Source of the DNA: a virus
Taxonomy: Duplodnaviria > Caudoviricetes
DNA: 33,366 nt
Strand: one strand, 5' to 3'
IMG/VR virus record: IMGVR_UViG_3300015050_000772
Coordinates: 1-33,366 of that record
Shown: piece after piece, positions 1 to 7,765 of the stretch
Position numbering within the stretch: the first letter of the stretch is position 1
How the letters are laid out: every line of letters begins with the position of its first letter
The notes under the pieces: model-generated
Told to the model about the DNA's origin: nothing
Database searches by the model: none
Seen by the model: only the letters and a program-made list of their open reading frames with translations
Program-made: the position numbers and the translations under genes

Positions 1-378
1 GCTGCCACGGCCAGCGGCAACTCCGGTGCTGCCACGGCCAGCGGCAACTACGGTGCTGCCACGGCCAGCGGCTACTCCGGTGCTGCCACGGCCAGCGGCT
101 ACTACGGTGCTGCCACGGCCAGCGGCTACTCCGGTGCTGCCACGGCCAGCGGCAACTACGGTGCTGCCACGGCCAGCGACTACTACGGTGCTGCCACGGC
201 CAGCGGCGACTCCGGTGCTGCCACGGCCAGCGGCTACTACGGTGCTGCCACGGCCAGCGGCAACTCCGGTGCTGCCACGGCCAGCGGCGACTCCGGTGCT
301 GCCACGGCCAGCGGCAACTACGGTGCTGCCACGGCCAGCGGCTACTACGGTGCTGCCACGGCCAGCGGCTACTACGGC
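1..378 (+). repeat. Tandem array of 14 x 27-bp units, consensus GCTGCCACGGCCAGCGGC(A/T/G)ACT(A/C)CGGT; may continue upstream of the window
   Basis: Units start at 1, 28, 55 ... 352; read directly. Confidence 0.98.
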
Positions 379-534
379 AAGGCACGCGGCAAAGAGGGCT
401 GCGCCTTGTTCCTGGTGTTCCGCGATGGCGACCGCAAGATTGTCCACGCCAAGGCTGCGATTGTGGGCCGTGACGGCGTCAAGGCCGACACGTACTACAA
501 GCTGAGCGCCAGCGGTGAATTCGTTGAGGCCTGA
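1..534 (+). CDS. 5'-truncated phage protein with nonapeptide repeats (AATASG[N/Y/D][S/Y]G) and C-terminus ...KAAIVGRDGVKADTYYKLSASGEFVEA (DUF7666-type repeat protein, tentative)
   Basis: Frame 1 is open from base 1 to TGA 532-534 and the next ATG is at 538; this frame is missing from the ORF track because its start lies outside the window. Confidence 0.85.
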   Translation, partial: AATASGNSGAATASGNYGAATASGYSGAATASGYYGAATASGYSGAATASGNYGAATASDYYGAATASGDSGAATASGYYGAATASGNSGAATASGDSGAATASGNYGAATASGYYGAATASGYYGKARGKEGCALFLVFRDGDRKIVHAKAAIVGRDGVKADTYYKLSASGEFVEA

Positions 535-537
535 GCC

Positions 538-831
538 ATGAACGCCCTCAACCAGTCTGAAGCCGCCGCAATAGCCCGCGATTGGCGCAAGGGCAACCCG
601 ATGAACCTCGGAACCCCTCACACCACTGTAAACGGCGCTTGCAACGCAATCCGTGACATGCACATGCCGAGGCACAACGACTTCTCCCAAGTTCTTGCTG
701 TCTTTGCATCAAAGCTGAAAGACAGCGGGTTTCTGAGCGAGAAGGCCAAGAGGTCGATTGTTGAACAGCTGGACGAGCTGGCCGATGAAATCGATCAGGA
801 CAAGGTTAACCAAGAAGCGAGGACTGTATGA
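538..831 (+). CDS. Hypothetical phage protein (97 aa)
   Basis: Starts 3 nt after the upstream stop; ATGA overlap with the next gene. Confidence 0.75.
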   Translation: MNALNQSEAAAIARDWRKGNPMNLGTPHTTVNGACNAIRDMHMPRHNDFSQVLAVFASKLKDSGFLSEKAKRSIVEQLDELADEIDQDKVNQEARTV

Positions 832-1094
832 GCAACGCAATACACACGCCGGCATCTTTCCTTGAGCTTGTCGAAAACGGCACGTTCATTGAGATTTGCA
901 ACGCATTCAACCACGTCTATGCGGTGCGCTTGATGCTACTGAAGGAGTTGGACGTGATCGCTGATGGCTTGTCGGTCGATGGTCGAACCATGGATGGCAT
1001 GACCAAAGCCGCCGCCGCCAACAAGGCCCGCGCCGCCATCGCCAAAGCCTCCCCCTCTCGGAAGCCTATCCCGACGAGCGCGCCCACTGCATAG
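828..1094 (+). CDS. Hypothetical phage early protein with ARAAIAKA motif; C-terminus possibly altered by a deletion
   Basis: ATGA coupling; ARAAIAKA is a common C-terminal motif of small lambdoid accessory proteins. Confidence 0.7.
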   Translation: MSNAIHTPASFLELVENGTFIEICNAFNHVYAVRLMLLKELDVIADGLSVDGRTMDGMTKAAAANKARAAIAKASPSRKPIPTSAPTA

Positions 1095-1192
1095 AAGGCC
1101 CAGCCCCAAAGAACTACGGACGCCGCGCTGTGAATGTAGCGATGGTGATTGCTATCTGGGCTCTGATTGTTTTTGTTTCTACTGGAGGTTGA
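1055..1192 (+). pseudogene. Apparent 3' remnant of a small membrane-protein gene (LSEAYPDERAHCIEGPAPKNYGRRAVNVAMVIAIWALIVFVSTGG*)
   Basis: Open frame with a clear TM helix ending at TGA 1190-1192, next to the following gene's start; no ATG/GTG between the in-frame TGA at 962 and position 1130. Confidence 0.45.
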
Positions 1193-1193
1193 G

Positions 1194-2393
1194 ATGATTG
1201 TTTTTGAAAATTCCGGAGAAATCGACATTCGGTCAATCTCTACCTTCGGCGTCAGCGTCAAGGAGGGTGCGAACCCGATAGGATTTTTCGGGACCGGACT
1301 GAAATACGCCATCGCCGTTCTGCTGCGCACGGGTCATCGTGTCACCATCATGTCCGGCCTGATGGTCGTTAACTTCGGGATTGAAAAATCCGCGGTGCGT
1401 GGCCAGGATTTCGACTTCGTGACCATGCAAATTGACAACGGCGCGCCTGTCGCCATCGGCTTCACAACTGAGCTTGGTAAGCAGTGGGAAGTCTGGATGG
1501 CCTACCGCGAAATAGCCTGCAACTGCAAGGACGAGAACGGCGCCGGCCGACATGAGCATTACATGGTTGACCCCGAGGCCGGGAAGACCCTGCTGATTGT
1601 TCAAGGTGATGACTTTGAGTCAATTTTTGCCACCAGCCACCGGTTTATTCTGGAAGATCAGCCGTGGCTCAAGTCTGGAACATTGGAAATCAGAAACCGG
1701 CCGGGAAGCGAATTCTTCTATCGTGGCGTGCGTGTGGCTGACTTGCGCGTGCGCGGCATCTACACCTATTGCGAGCAGGCAAAGATGGAGCTTACCGAGG
1801 ACCGCACGATTAAGTCAGAGTGGGAAATGTATTACCACATTGCGGCCGGCATTTTGCGCGCTACTGACAAACAGTTTTTGCGTAGCGTGGTCATTGCTGC
1901 GGATGACACGCTTGAGGGGCGTCTTGATTATCACAACCTGAGCGTAGCACCAAGCGTTGAGTTCCTTGAGGTTGTCGGCTCCTGCATGGCTGACCGCTCC
2001 ATGAAGCTGAACGCCAGCGCTCTCAAGATATGGCAGGACGCTACAAAGAAGGTGTTTGCACCACGCCAAATAGCCCTTACTGCTGTACAGCAAAAGAGCA
2101 TGGACAAGGCGCTGGACTTCTGCGAACGCATCGGGTTCACCATTCGCGGCGCGTACCCAATTAGCGTTGTCGAGAGTTTGGGCGAAGGTTGCTTAGGCCT
2201 TGCCAAAGACGAAACGATTTTTATCGCTGAGCGGGTTTTCCACCTGGGCGGAGCTAAGCAATTGGCATCAACGCTGATCGAGGAATACCTGCATCTTCGT
2301 CACGGCTGGCGCGACATGACACGCGAACTGCAAAGCTTCCTGTTCGACAAGATGGTCAGTCTTGGCGAAGAAGTTGTAGGAGAAGCACTATGA
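1194..2393 (+). CDS. GHKL (HATPase_c)-like ATPase with C-terminal zincin-like motif (399 aa)
   Basis: GGAGG at 1184-1188 before ATG 1194; motifs IVFENSG, IGFFGTGLK, REIACNCKDE; C-terminal TLIEEYLH. Confidence 0.8.
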   Translation: MIVFENSGEIDIRSISTFGVSVKEGANPIGFFGTGLKYAIAVLLRTGHRVTIMSGLMVVNFGIEKSAVRGQDFDFVTMQIDNGAPVAIGFTTELGKQWEVWMAYREIACNCKDENGAGRHEHYMVDPEAGKTLLIVQGDDFESIFATSHRFILEDQPWLKSGTLEIRNRPGSEFFYRGVRVADLRVRGIYTYCEQAKMELTEDRTIKSEWEMYYHIAAGILRATDKQFLRSVVIAADDTLEGRLDYHNLSVAPSVEFLEVVGSCMADRSMKLNASALKIWQDATKKVFAPRQIALTAVQQKSMDKALDFCERIGFTIRGAYPISVVESLGEGCLGLAKDETIFIAERVFHLGGAKQLASTLIEEYLHLRHGWRDMTRELQSFLFDKMVSLGEEVVGEAL

Positions 2394-2599
2394 CCACGAA
2401 ACCCACTCAAAGAGCACGAGAGCGCGCCGTCCTCGACTTCTGGGATGACGTAACTCTCATCAAGATCAGCGACGCCCCTCTCAACTTCTGGGACAAGTGC
2501 AGCTGGTGGCAAAAGATCCTGGTTGTTTGCGCTGCCGTCATTCTTTGCTGTTTGGTTGGCGGGATGGCCGCCAGCATTTTGACGGGGATTCCGAAATGA
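2390..2599 (+). CDS. Small membrane protein (69 aa, C-terminal TM helix)
   Basis: ATGA overlaps at both ends; hydrophobic ILVVCAAVILCCLVGGMAASIL. Confidence 0.75.
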   Translation: MTTKPTQRARERAVLDFWDDVTLIKISDAPLNFWDKCSWWQKILVVCAAVILCCLVGGMAASILTGIPK

Positions 2600-3129
2600 C
2601 TGACAAAACACACTATCGCAAGGCGTTTGACTCTCCCTACCTGAGCAGCGCCGACATCGTGGAGCCCACGGTTCTCACGGTGCATCACGTTTCCCTTGAG
2701 GGCGACAAGACCAAGAAGACAAAGGATCTGTTCAACACGGCCCACTTTGTCGAGAAGGAACTGCGCCCCGGAGAAAAGCTCAAGCCCATGATTTTGAATG
2801 CGTCCAACAGCAAAACGCTCAAGCGCATCACTGGCTCTGCGTTTATCGACGACTGGAAGAACGTTCCAATCACCGTATACGTTGACCCGAATGTAAGGTT
2901 TGGCAAGGAGACGGTTGAGGGCTTGCGTATCCGGCCAGAAGCCGCCCAGCGCAAGCGTGGCCCCATCACTGACGACAGGCTGAAACAGGCCATTGCAGCC
3001 ATCGCGGCGGGGACCTACACGGCGCAGGCCCTGGAGGGGCGCTACGAACTGACATTGGCCCAACAACAAGACCTCGATACGGCTCTTGTCGCGATGGCTG
3101 GCGGCTCAATGGAGGAAGTCAATGCATAA
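2596..3129 (+). CDS. Phage protein in the recombinase slot; putative ssDNA-annealing/binding protein
   Basis: ATG 2596 coupled to the upstream stop; lies directly before the exonuclease and SSB; function inferred from synteny only. Confidence 0.6.
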   Translation: MTDKTHYRKAFDSPYLSSADIVEPTVLTVHHVSLEGDKTKKTKDLFNTAHFVEKELRPGEKLKPMILNASNSKTLKRITGSAFIDDWKNVPITVYVDPNVRFGKETVEGLRIRPEAAQRKRGPITDDRLKQAIAAIAAGTYTAQALEGRYELTLAQQQDLDTALVAMAGGSMEEVNA

Positions 3130-3841
3130 GTTCCGCTGCTCCTCCCTCGGACTAATCATGACTGACGCGCAGAGCATTGATCCGGCGCTGCTGACCGAAG
3201 AGCTGGCCGTCATAAGCCGAAAAAAGGTCAAAACCGACGAGGATAAAGCCACGCTTTCGCCCCTCTGGGACAAAAGCCTGTCCGTTGGCGCGAAAACCTA
3301 TATCGAATCGCTGGCGAAGCAGCTGGTGTACGGCTACGACGAGGACATTACCAGCAAGTTCCTTGAAAAGGGCGTGAAGGTCGAGGACCAATCTATCGAG
3401 CTTTACAACTCGGTGTTCTTCACGAACCACGCCAAGAACACCGAACGCAAGGTGAACGAATGGATCACAGGGGAATGCGACATCAACGCCCCGGAATTGA
3501 TTATCGACATCAAGTCCCCGTGGTCACTGGCGACGTTCCCGGCCACCATTGCCGCAGGCAGAGACAAGGGCTATGAGTGGCAGGGACGCGGCTACATGAT
3601 GCTTTGGCAGAAGCCGAAATTTGAAATCGCCTATTGCCTTGTCAACACGCCTGAAGAGCTTATCGGCTACGAGCGCGAGGAGCTTCACATTGTTGACCAC
3701 ATCACGCCGGAGCTACGCGTAACCCGCGTTCCGTACACCCGCGATCTGGCCCTGGAAGAAAAAATCAAGATCAAGTGCGAGGCTGGAAATGCCTACCTCG
3801 ATTTGCTTGTACGCCAGATCGCAGCCGAACACACTTACTAA
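3122..3841 (+). CDS. YqaJ/lambda-exonuclease-like PD-(D/E)xK nuclease
   Basis: GGAGG at 3111-3115; motifs FRCSSLG, KGVKVE, TGECD...IIDIKS, YEWQGRGYM. Confidence 0.85.
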   Translation: MHKFRCSSLGLIMTDAQSIDPALLTEELAVISRKKVKTDEDKATLSPLWDKSLSVGAKTYIESLAKQLVYGYDEDITSKFLEKGVKVEDQSIELYNSVFFTNHAKNTERKVNEWITGECDINAPELIIDIKSPWSLATFPATIAAGRDKGYEWQGRGYMMLWQKPKFEIAYCLVNTPEELIGYEREELHIVDHITPELRVTRVPYTRDLALEEKIKIKCEAGNAYLDLLVRQIAAEHTY

Positions 3842-3850
3842 GGAGAAAAC

Positions 3851-4297
3851 ATGGCATCCCTCAACAAAGTCCAGCTTATCGGCAACCTCGGGCGCGACCC
3901 GGAAATGCGCTCTTTTCCCAACGGGGACCAAGTCGCCAGCGTGACAATTGCCACTACCGAAAAGTGGAAAGACAAGCAGTCTGGCGAGATGAAAGAGGCG
4001 ACCGAATGGCACCGCGTGCAGTTTTTCGGCAAGCTGGCCGAGGTGGCCGGGAAATACATTCTCAAGGGCTCGCAGGTCTATGTCGAAGGTTCCTTGCGCA
4101 CTCGCAAATGGACCGACAAAGACGGGATCGAGAAGTATTCCACCGAAATCCGCGCCGACCACATGCTGATGTTGGGCAGCAAGCCCGATAGCGCGCCGGC
4201 TCCTCGTGCCGCCAAGCCGGCTGCAAAAGATCCTGCTCAGACGCCATCGCCGAAAGCATCGGGGTTTGATGACATGGACGATGACATTCCTTTCTGA
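3851..4297 (+). CDS. ssb: Single-stranded DNA-binding protein
   Basis: [16 protein letters not shown]...TEWHRV...[12 protein letters not shown]; acidic tail DDDIPF; AAGGAG RBS. Confidence 0.98.
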   Translation: MASLNKVQLIGNLGRDPEMRSFPNGDQVASVTIATTEKWKDKQSGEMKEATEWHRVQFFGKLAEVAGKYILKGSQVYVEGSLRTRKWTDKDGIEKYSTEIRADHMLMLGSKPDSAPAPRAAKPAAKDPAQTPSPKASGFDDMDDDIPF

Positions 4298-4346
4298 CCA
4301 CCTACCCATCAACAAAGAAGTAACACCGGAACATAAGGGGATTGAG

Positions 4347-4655
4347 ATGACAGAGCCAAAGATTCCGCTGATCGTTGTATTCCCACGCGGACAACTAAGC
4401 GCGAAAGACAAGGAGCGCTTGACAAAGGCCGGCGTTATTGCCGTCGAGGCGGAAACCCCTGAGGCGGTCCGTCAACTTCACCTCGCGCCGCCGTTGATCA
4501 ATACCAAAATTAATGGCGATGGACTTGTTCGGGCGGCCCTGCTATCGCTGGCCGAACAGTCGGCAGAAACGGCTGGCGGAAGCATAACGACAACGGGGCG
4601 AGCGGCGCATCAGTTCATCAAATATCTCGCTGCGTCGGTGGAGGCCCAGCCATGA
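4347..4655 (+). CDS. Hypothetical phage protein
   Basis: AAGGGG RBS before ATG 4347; ATGA overlap downstream. Confidence 0.7.
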   Translation: MTEPKIPLIVVFPRGQLSAKDKERLTKAGVIAVEAETPEAVRQLHLAPPLINTKINGDGLVRAALLSLAEQSAETAGGSITTTGRAAHQFIKYLAASVEAQP

Positions 4656-4999
4656 CCACCCCTCAATCCCCCGCCATGGTAGAGGTAGACAGACTGCCGG
4701 AGCCCCATGTTCTGGAAGGCCACTACCGCGACCACATGGGCAGTGTGAGCGGCTGGTCTGAGCTGCAAGTCCTTGAGTTAATAGCAGCCGAGCGGGCTGA
4801 GGTAGTGCGGATTTCGGCTGAGTGCGAGAAGCTGCGGGCCGAGCTGGGGAAATACGCAAATATCTTCAACTGGGACGTTGACGACCGAGGCATAAGGCGG
4901 GTCTGGCTTGAGCCCGGAAGCACGACGCCAACCGCCTACAACGGCTTCGAGTCGGCCCGCGCCGCTCTCGCTACACCCACTCAAGGAGAGCCGAAATGA
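4652..4999 (+). CDS. Hypothetical phage protein
   Basis: Part of the ATGA-coupled chain; GGAGG upstream. Confidence 0.7.
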   Translation: MTTPQSPAMVEVDRLPEPHVLEGHYRDHMGSVSGWSELQVLELIAAERAEVVRISAECEKLRAELGKYANIFNWDVDDRGIRRVWLEPGSTTPTAYNGFESARAALATPTQGEPK

Positions 5000-5193
5000 G
5001 CTACTTCAACACCGAACAGAAAAAGCTCATCAACAAGATGCGCGTCTATCAGGACGAGGTAGCCGACTGCGACTTGCGCGACGAGCCGTGCCCGCTGCTG
5101 ATTGCCCAGCTCGAAGAGCTTTTGACGCTCACGACGCGCCTCAGCGCCAACGCCAAGGTGCTGCTGGCCACGATCAAAAAGGACCAATCATGA
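4996..5193 (+). CDS. Hypothetical phage protein (65 aa)
   Basis: AAGGAG RBS; ATGA overlaps at both ends. Confidence 0.7.
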   Translation: MSYFNTEQKKLINKMRVYQDEVADCDLRDEPCPLLIAQLEELLTLTTRLSANAKVLLATIKKDQS

Positions 5194-5999
5194 CCAACCC
5201 AACACCCCAGACACTGCCCGAAGCGCTGCGACTCGCTAACTATCTTGAAAAAGAGTGGGTGACGGGCGACTGCTTGAATGCCGCCCGTGAACTGCGCCGT
5301 CTACACGCCGAGATTTCCGCCCTCGCCGCTCAGCCTCCAGCACCCCCAGTCGAATGGTCAGTGAAGATCATGCAAGACTGGGACCCGCGCCGGCTTTTGC
5401 TGCGCATCGGCGTGCAGCAGTTTTACCTTGACATTCACGACGAGCCGGACGATCCCGGAAGGATGGAATGGCACTGCGCGCAGCTTACCGGGGCGATGCA
5501 GAAGCTGACCGCTCAGCCTCCAGCAGACCCCCTCAAGCCGCTGACGGAGCTATCCGAAGAGCTTGGGCTGCATAGCGTCCAGGCAGGGGTGGAGGTTGGC
5601 CTTCCGGGTGTTCTTGCGGCGATCGTGAAAGCTATGAAAAATTATCGCTGCCAGTACCACCAGCAGGACGAAGACAACGGCGGAATGCCGCTTGCAGATG
5701 TCCTCACAGAACCCGGCGCACCCGACATACGCACGGGACTTAAGGAAATTTTGCATCTTGCAGAAGATGTCTTTGCGGCCGTCGAGCTGGCCGTTCCCCA
5801 GCCTCCAGCAGTGGCAGCGATACCCGAGGAGATGGCGGTGACGGAAGAACACAGGACTACGGCTCTCAAGCTGGCGCTTTGCGAGATTGACCGTCTCGTG
5901 AAGGAGAATTTTGGCCGGGTGCCGCGAGACGATTGGGCAGACGAAGTGCTCGGCCTGCGCGATGCGCTTGAGCGCCACGGAAGGGCGGACGCGTCATGA
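5190..5999 (+). CDS. Modular phage accessory protein with repeated QPPA linkers
   Basis: AAGGA RBS and ATG 5190 coupled to the upstream stop; N-terminal EALRLA...AARELRRLH module typical of lambdoid accessory proteins. Confidence 0.75.
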   Translation: MTNPTPQTLPEALRLANYLEKEWVTGDCLNAARELRRLHAEISALAAQPPAPPVEWSVKIMQDWDPRRLLLRIGVQQFYLDIHDEPDDPGRMEWHCAQLTGAMQKLTAQPPADPLKPLTELSEELGLHSVQAGVEVGLPGVLAAIVKAMKNYRCQYHQQDEDNGGMPLADVLTEPGAPDIRTGLKEILHLAEDVFAAVELAVPQPPAVAAIPEEMAVTEEHRTTALKLALCEIDRLVKENFGRVPRDDWADEVLGLRDALERHGRADAS

Positions 6000-6196
6000 A
6001 GTGCTCTGCTTGCCAGGACTCGGGATGGCTATGTCGGGGCCACCTCGATAGGCCGTCAGTCGTAGTTACAGAGGGCGGCTGTGAGTGCGGGGAATCTGCC
6101 ACGAATTGCCTCTGCAACCCTGGCGGTTCTTGGCCTGAAGATTGGCCCGTCTATGCCACCACCGAGCCGTCCAAAGTGAAGACATGGGTTCAATAA
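5996..6196 (+). CDS. Cys-rich putative zinc-binding protein (66 aa)
   Basis: CSACQDSGWLC...CECG...CLCNP; ATGA coupling. Confidence 0.7.
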   Translation: MKCSACQDSGWLCRGHLDRPSVVVTEGGCECGESATNCLCNPGGSWPEDWPVYATTEPSKVKTWVQ

Positions 6197-6212
6197 TTAA
6201 AGGAAACCAATC

Positions 6213-6503
6213 ATGAGCCTTCTACACATTGCGCAACTTGAGGAGAAAATTCAGCGCCGTGATGCGCGGATTCTCGAACTCGAAACAGCTCTCGCTGTCG
6301 CTCCCCAGCCACCCGCAGGACAGCAGGACAGGGGTGAGGCGGACTGCTTGGCTGGCATTTATAAGCCAGCAGCAAAAGCGGCGGTCAATACCCTGATTGC
6401 CATGGGCTACAAATTCGGCCACAAACCCGGCTTTGACGGACTCGCCTGGAATGCCCCCGCTACCGCTGGTGAGGCTACAGCAGCGCAAGGGGACAAATCG
6501 TGA
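6213..6503 (+). CDS. Hypothetical protein with N-terminal coiled coil
   Basis: AAGGA RBS; QPPA linker. Confidence 0.7.
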   Translation: MSLLHIAQLEEKIQRRDARILELETALAVAPQPPAGQQDRGEADCLAGIYKPAAKAAVNTLIAMGYKFGHKPGFDGLAWNAPATAGEATAAQGDKS

Positions 6504-6673
6504 GCGACAACATCATCAAAGTTAACTTCAAGCAGGCGCATGCCGTCGAGGCTGAGCTGGTCGAAGAGATTAAGGCCTTGGTTTACTCCTACGCCGGCCG
6601 CATGACAAACGCATCAGCCCTTGGCGCGCTGGAAATGGCTGCACACGAAATTAAGGAGTCGATTTATGGCTAA
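6500..6673 (+). CDS. Small hypothetical protein, 57 aa (MSDNIIKVNFKQ...ESIYG), not in the ORF track
   Basis: GTG 6500 overlaps the upstream TGA; AAGGGGA RBS; fills the gap to the next gene. Confidence 0.7.
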   Translation: MSDNIIKVNFKQAHAVEAELVEEIKALVYSYAGRMTNASALGALEMAAHEIKESIYG

Positions 6674-6905
6674 CCAAACTACACCGACGCTACCACCGCT
6701 TCCCCGAGTCGGGCCAATCGGTTACGCCAGAGTTGTTGACATCGACAGCTATCAAAAGACCTTGACCATCAGCACACATCTACCCGGCGTTCGTGATGTG
6801 GCTCTTTGGACAACCGACCAGATGCGCGCCTACGCCTGCGCCGCCATCGCCTTATCCATCGCCCCCTCTCCCGCTGCTCCTGGTAATGGGGAGGAACCAA
6901 AGTGA
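6666..6905 (+). CDS. Hypothetical phage protein (LPPLP...DQMRAYA type)
   Basis: AAGGAG at 6653-6658 before ATG 6666. Confidence 0.7.
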   Translation: MANQTTPTLPPLPRVGPIGYARVVDIDSYQKTLTISTHLPGVRDVALWTTDQMRAYACAAIALSIAPSPAAPGNGEEPK

Positions 6906-7393
6906 ACACCGAACTTTTACAACAGGTCGAAATCGCCTTGGCGAACATGGTCAGCTACCAGTCCTCCGGCAATTCGCCAAGCATCCACGAATACGGCCAG
7001 GCGCGGCGAACCCTTGAGGCTGTTCGTGCCGCCCAATCCCCCTCTCAGCCCTTGGTAGAAGTGCAGGAGCCGGTAGCCGCATGGCTGAGCGAATCTCTCG
7101 GTGACGCGGTTTCCGCAAAGAAGAAAAGCGACATGGAGCAGCACAACGGAATGCCCGGCAAAAAGATCGCCGCGCTCTACGAAACCCCGCTTTACCGCGC
7201 TGCTCCTGTACGGGGGCTGCCGTTGACGGAGGCGCAGATGGATGACTTCAAGGGCGACAACGCGGCTCTGTGCCGCAGCATTGAGGCATTGCTGAGCCTG
7301 GACGCGGCTGGTGCGCTGGTGCCTCACGGCGTTGGGGGCCATGCCCGTGGTTTGCTGAGCGCGGCGTTTGTTAGGCTGGGTGGCGGCAAATGA
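6902..7393 (+). CDS. Hypothetical modular phage protein (QEPVAAW...PLY module)
   Basis: GGAGG RBS; GTGA coupling. Confidence 0.7.
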   Translation: MNTELLQQVEIALANMVSYQSSGNSPSIHEYGQARRTLEAVRAAQSPSQPLVEVQEPVAAWLSESLGDAVSAKKKSDMEQHNGMPGKKIAALYETPLYRAAPVRGLPLTEAQMDDFKGDNAALCRSIEALLSLDAAGALVPHGVGGHARGLLSAAFVRLGGGK

Positions 7394-7650
7394 AAGCTCA
7401 AATCGTCTTCTGGTTGCCGTTTCTGCTTTCGGCCATCACCGTCTGGATGACCTTCATGGCTGGAAACATGCACCGTAGCGCGTGGCTTGTCGGACTTTTC
7501 AATCAGGCCCTGTGGCTGGTTTGGATCATCGCGGCTGGCGCATGGGGCCTGCTGCCACTCAATATCGTGCTATGGATCGTGTACGCCCGCAATCACCTCA
7601 AATGGGCCGCCCACAGCATCACCCCAGCCGAGGAGAACCCCCATGAATAA
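7390..7650 (+). CDS. Small 3-TM membrane protein, half-PnuC/SemiSWEET-like
   Basis: Three hydrophobic segments; AWLVGLFNQALW and VYARNHLKW patterns. Confidence 0.6.
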   Translation: MKAQIVFWLPFLLSAITVWMTFMAGNMHRSAWLVGLFNQALWLVWIIAAGAWGLLPLNIVLWIVYARNHLKWAAHSITPAEENPHE

Positions 7651-7765
7651 CCTCTTGGCGCTATCCCTGGTAGTTCTGTTTCTCGTGATTCTCTCGGGCT
7701 TAGCCTTTTTCTTGGACTGGCGTCGGGAGTGGCGGGAGAAGATGCGCCGGAAGGGGGCGAAGTGA
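7643..7765 (+). CDS. 40-aa membrane peptide with basic C-tail
   Basis: GAGGAG RBS before ATG 7643; MNNLLALSLVVLFLVILSGLAFFLDWRREWREKMRRKGAK. Confidence 0.65.
   Translation: MNNLLALSLVVLFLVILSGLAFFLDWRREWREKMRRKGAK

Noticed and set aside
1-378. CRISPR array
   Set aside because: Units are contiguous with no unique spacers, are in-frame coding, and no cas genes are present
26-505. 159-aa Pro/Arg repeat ORF in the track (MLPRPAATT...)
   Set aside because: Shadow frame of the 27-bp array; frame 1 gives a sensible protein with a normal C-terminus abutting the next gene
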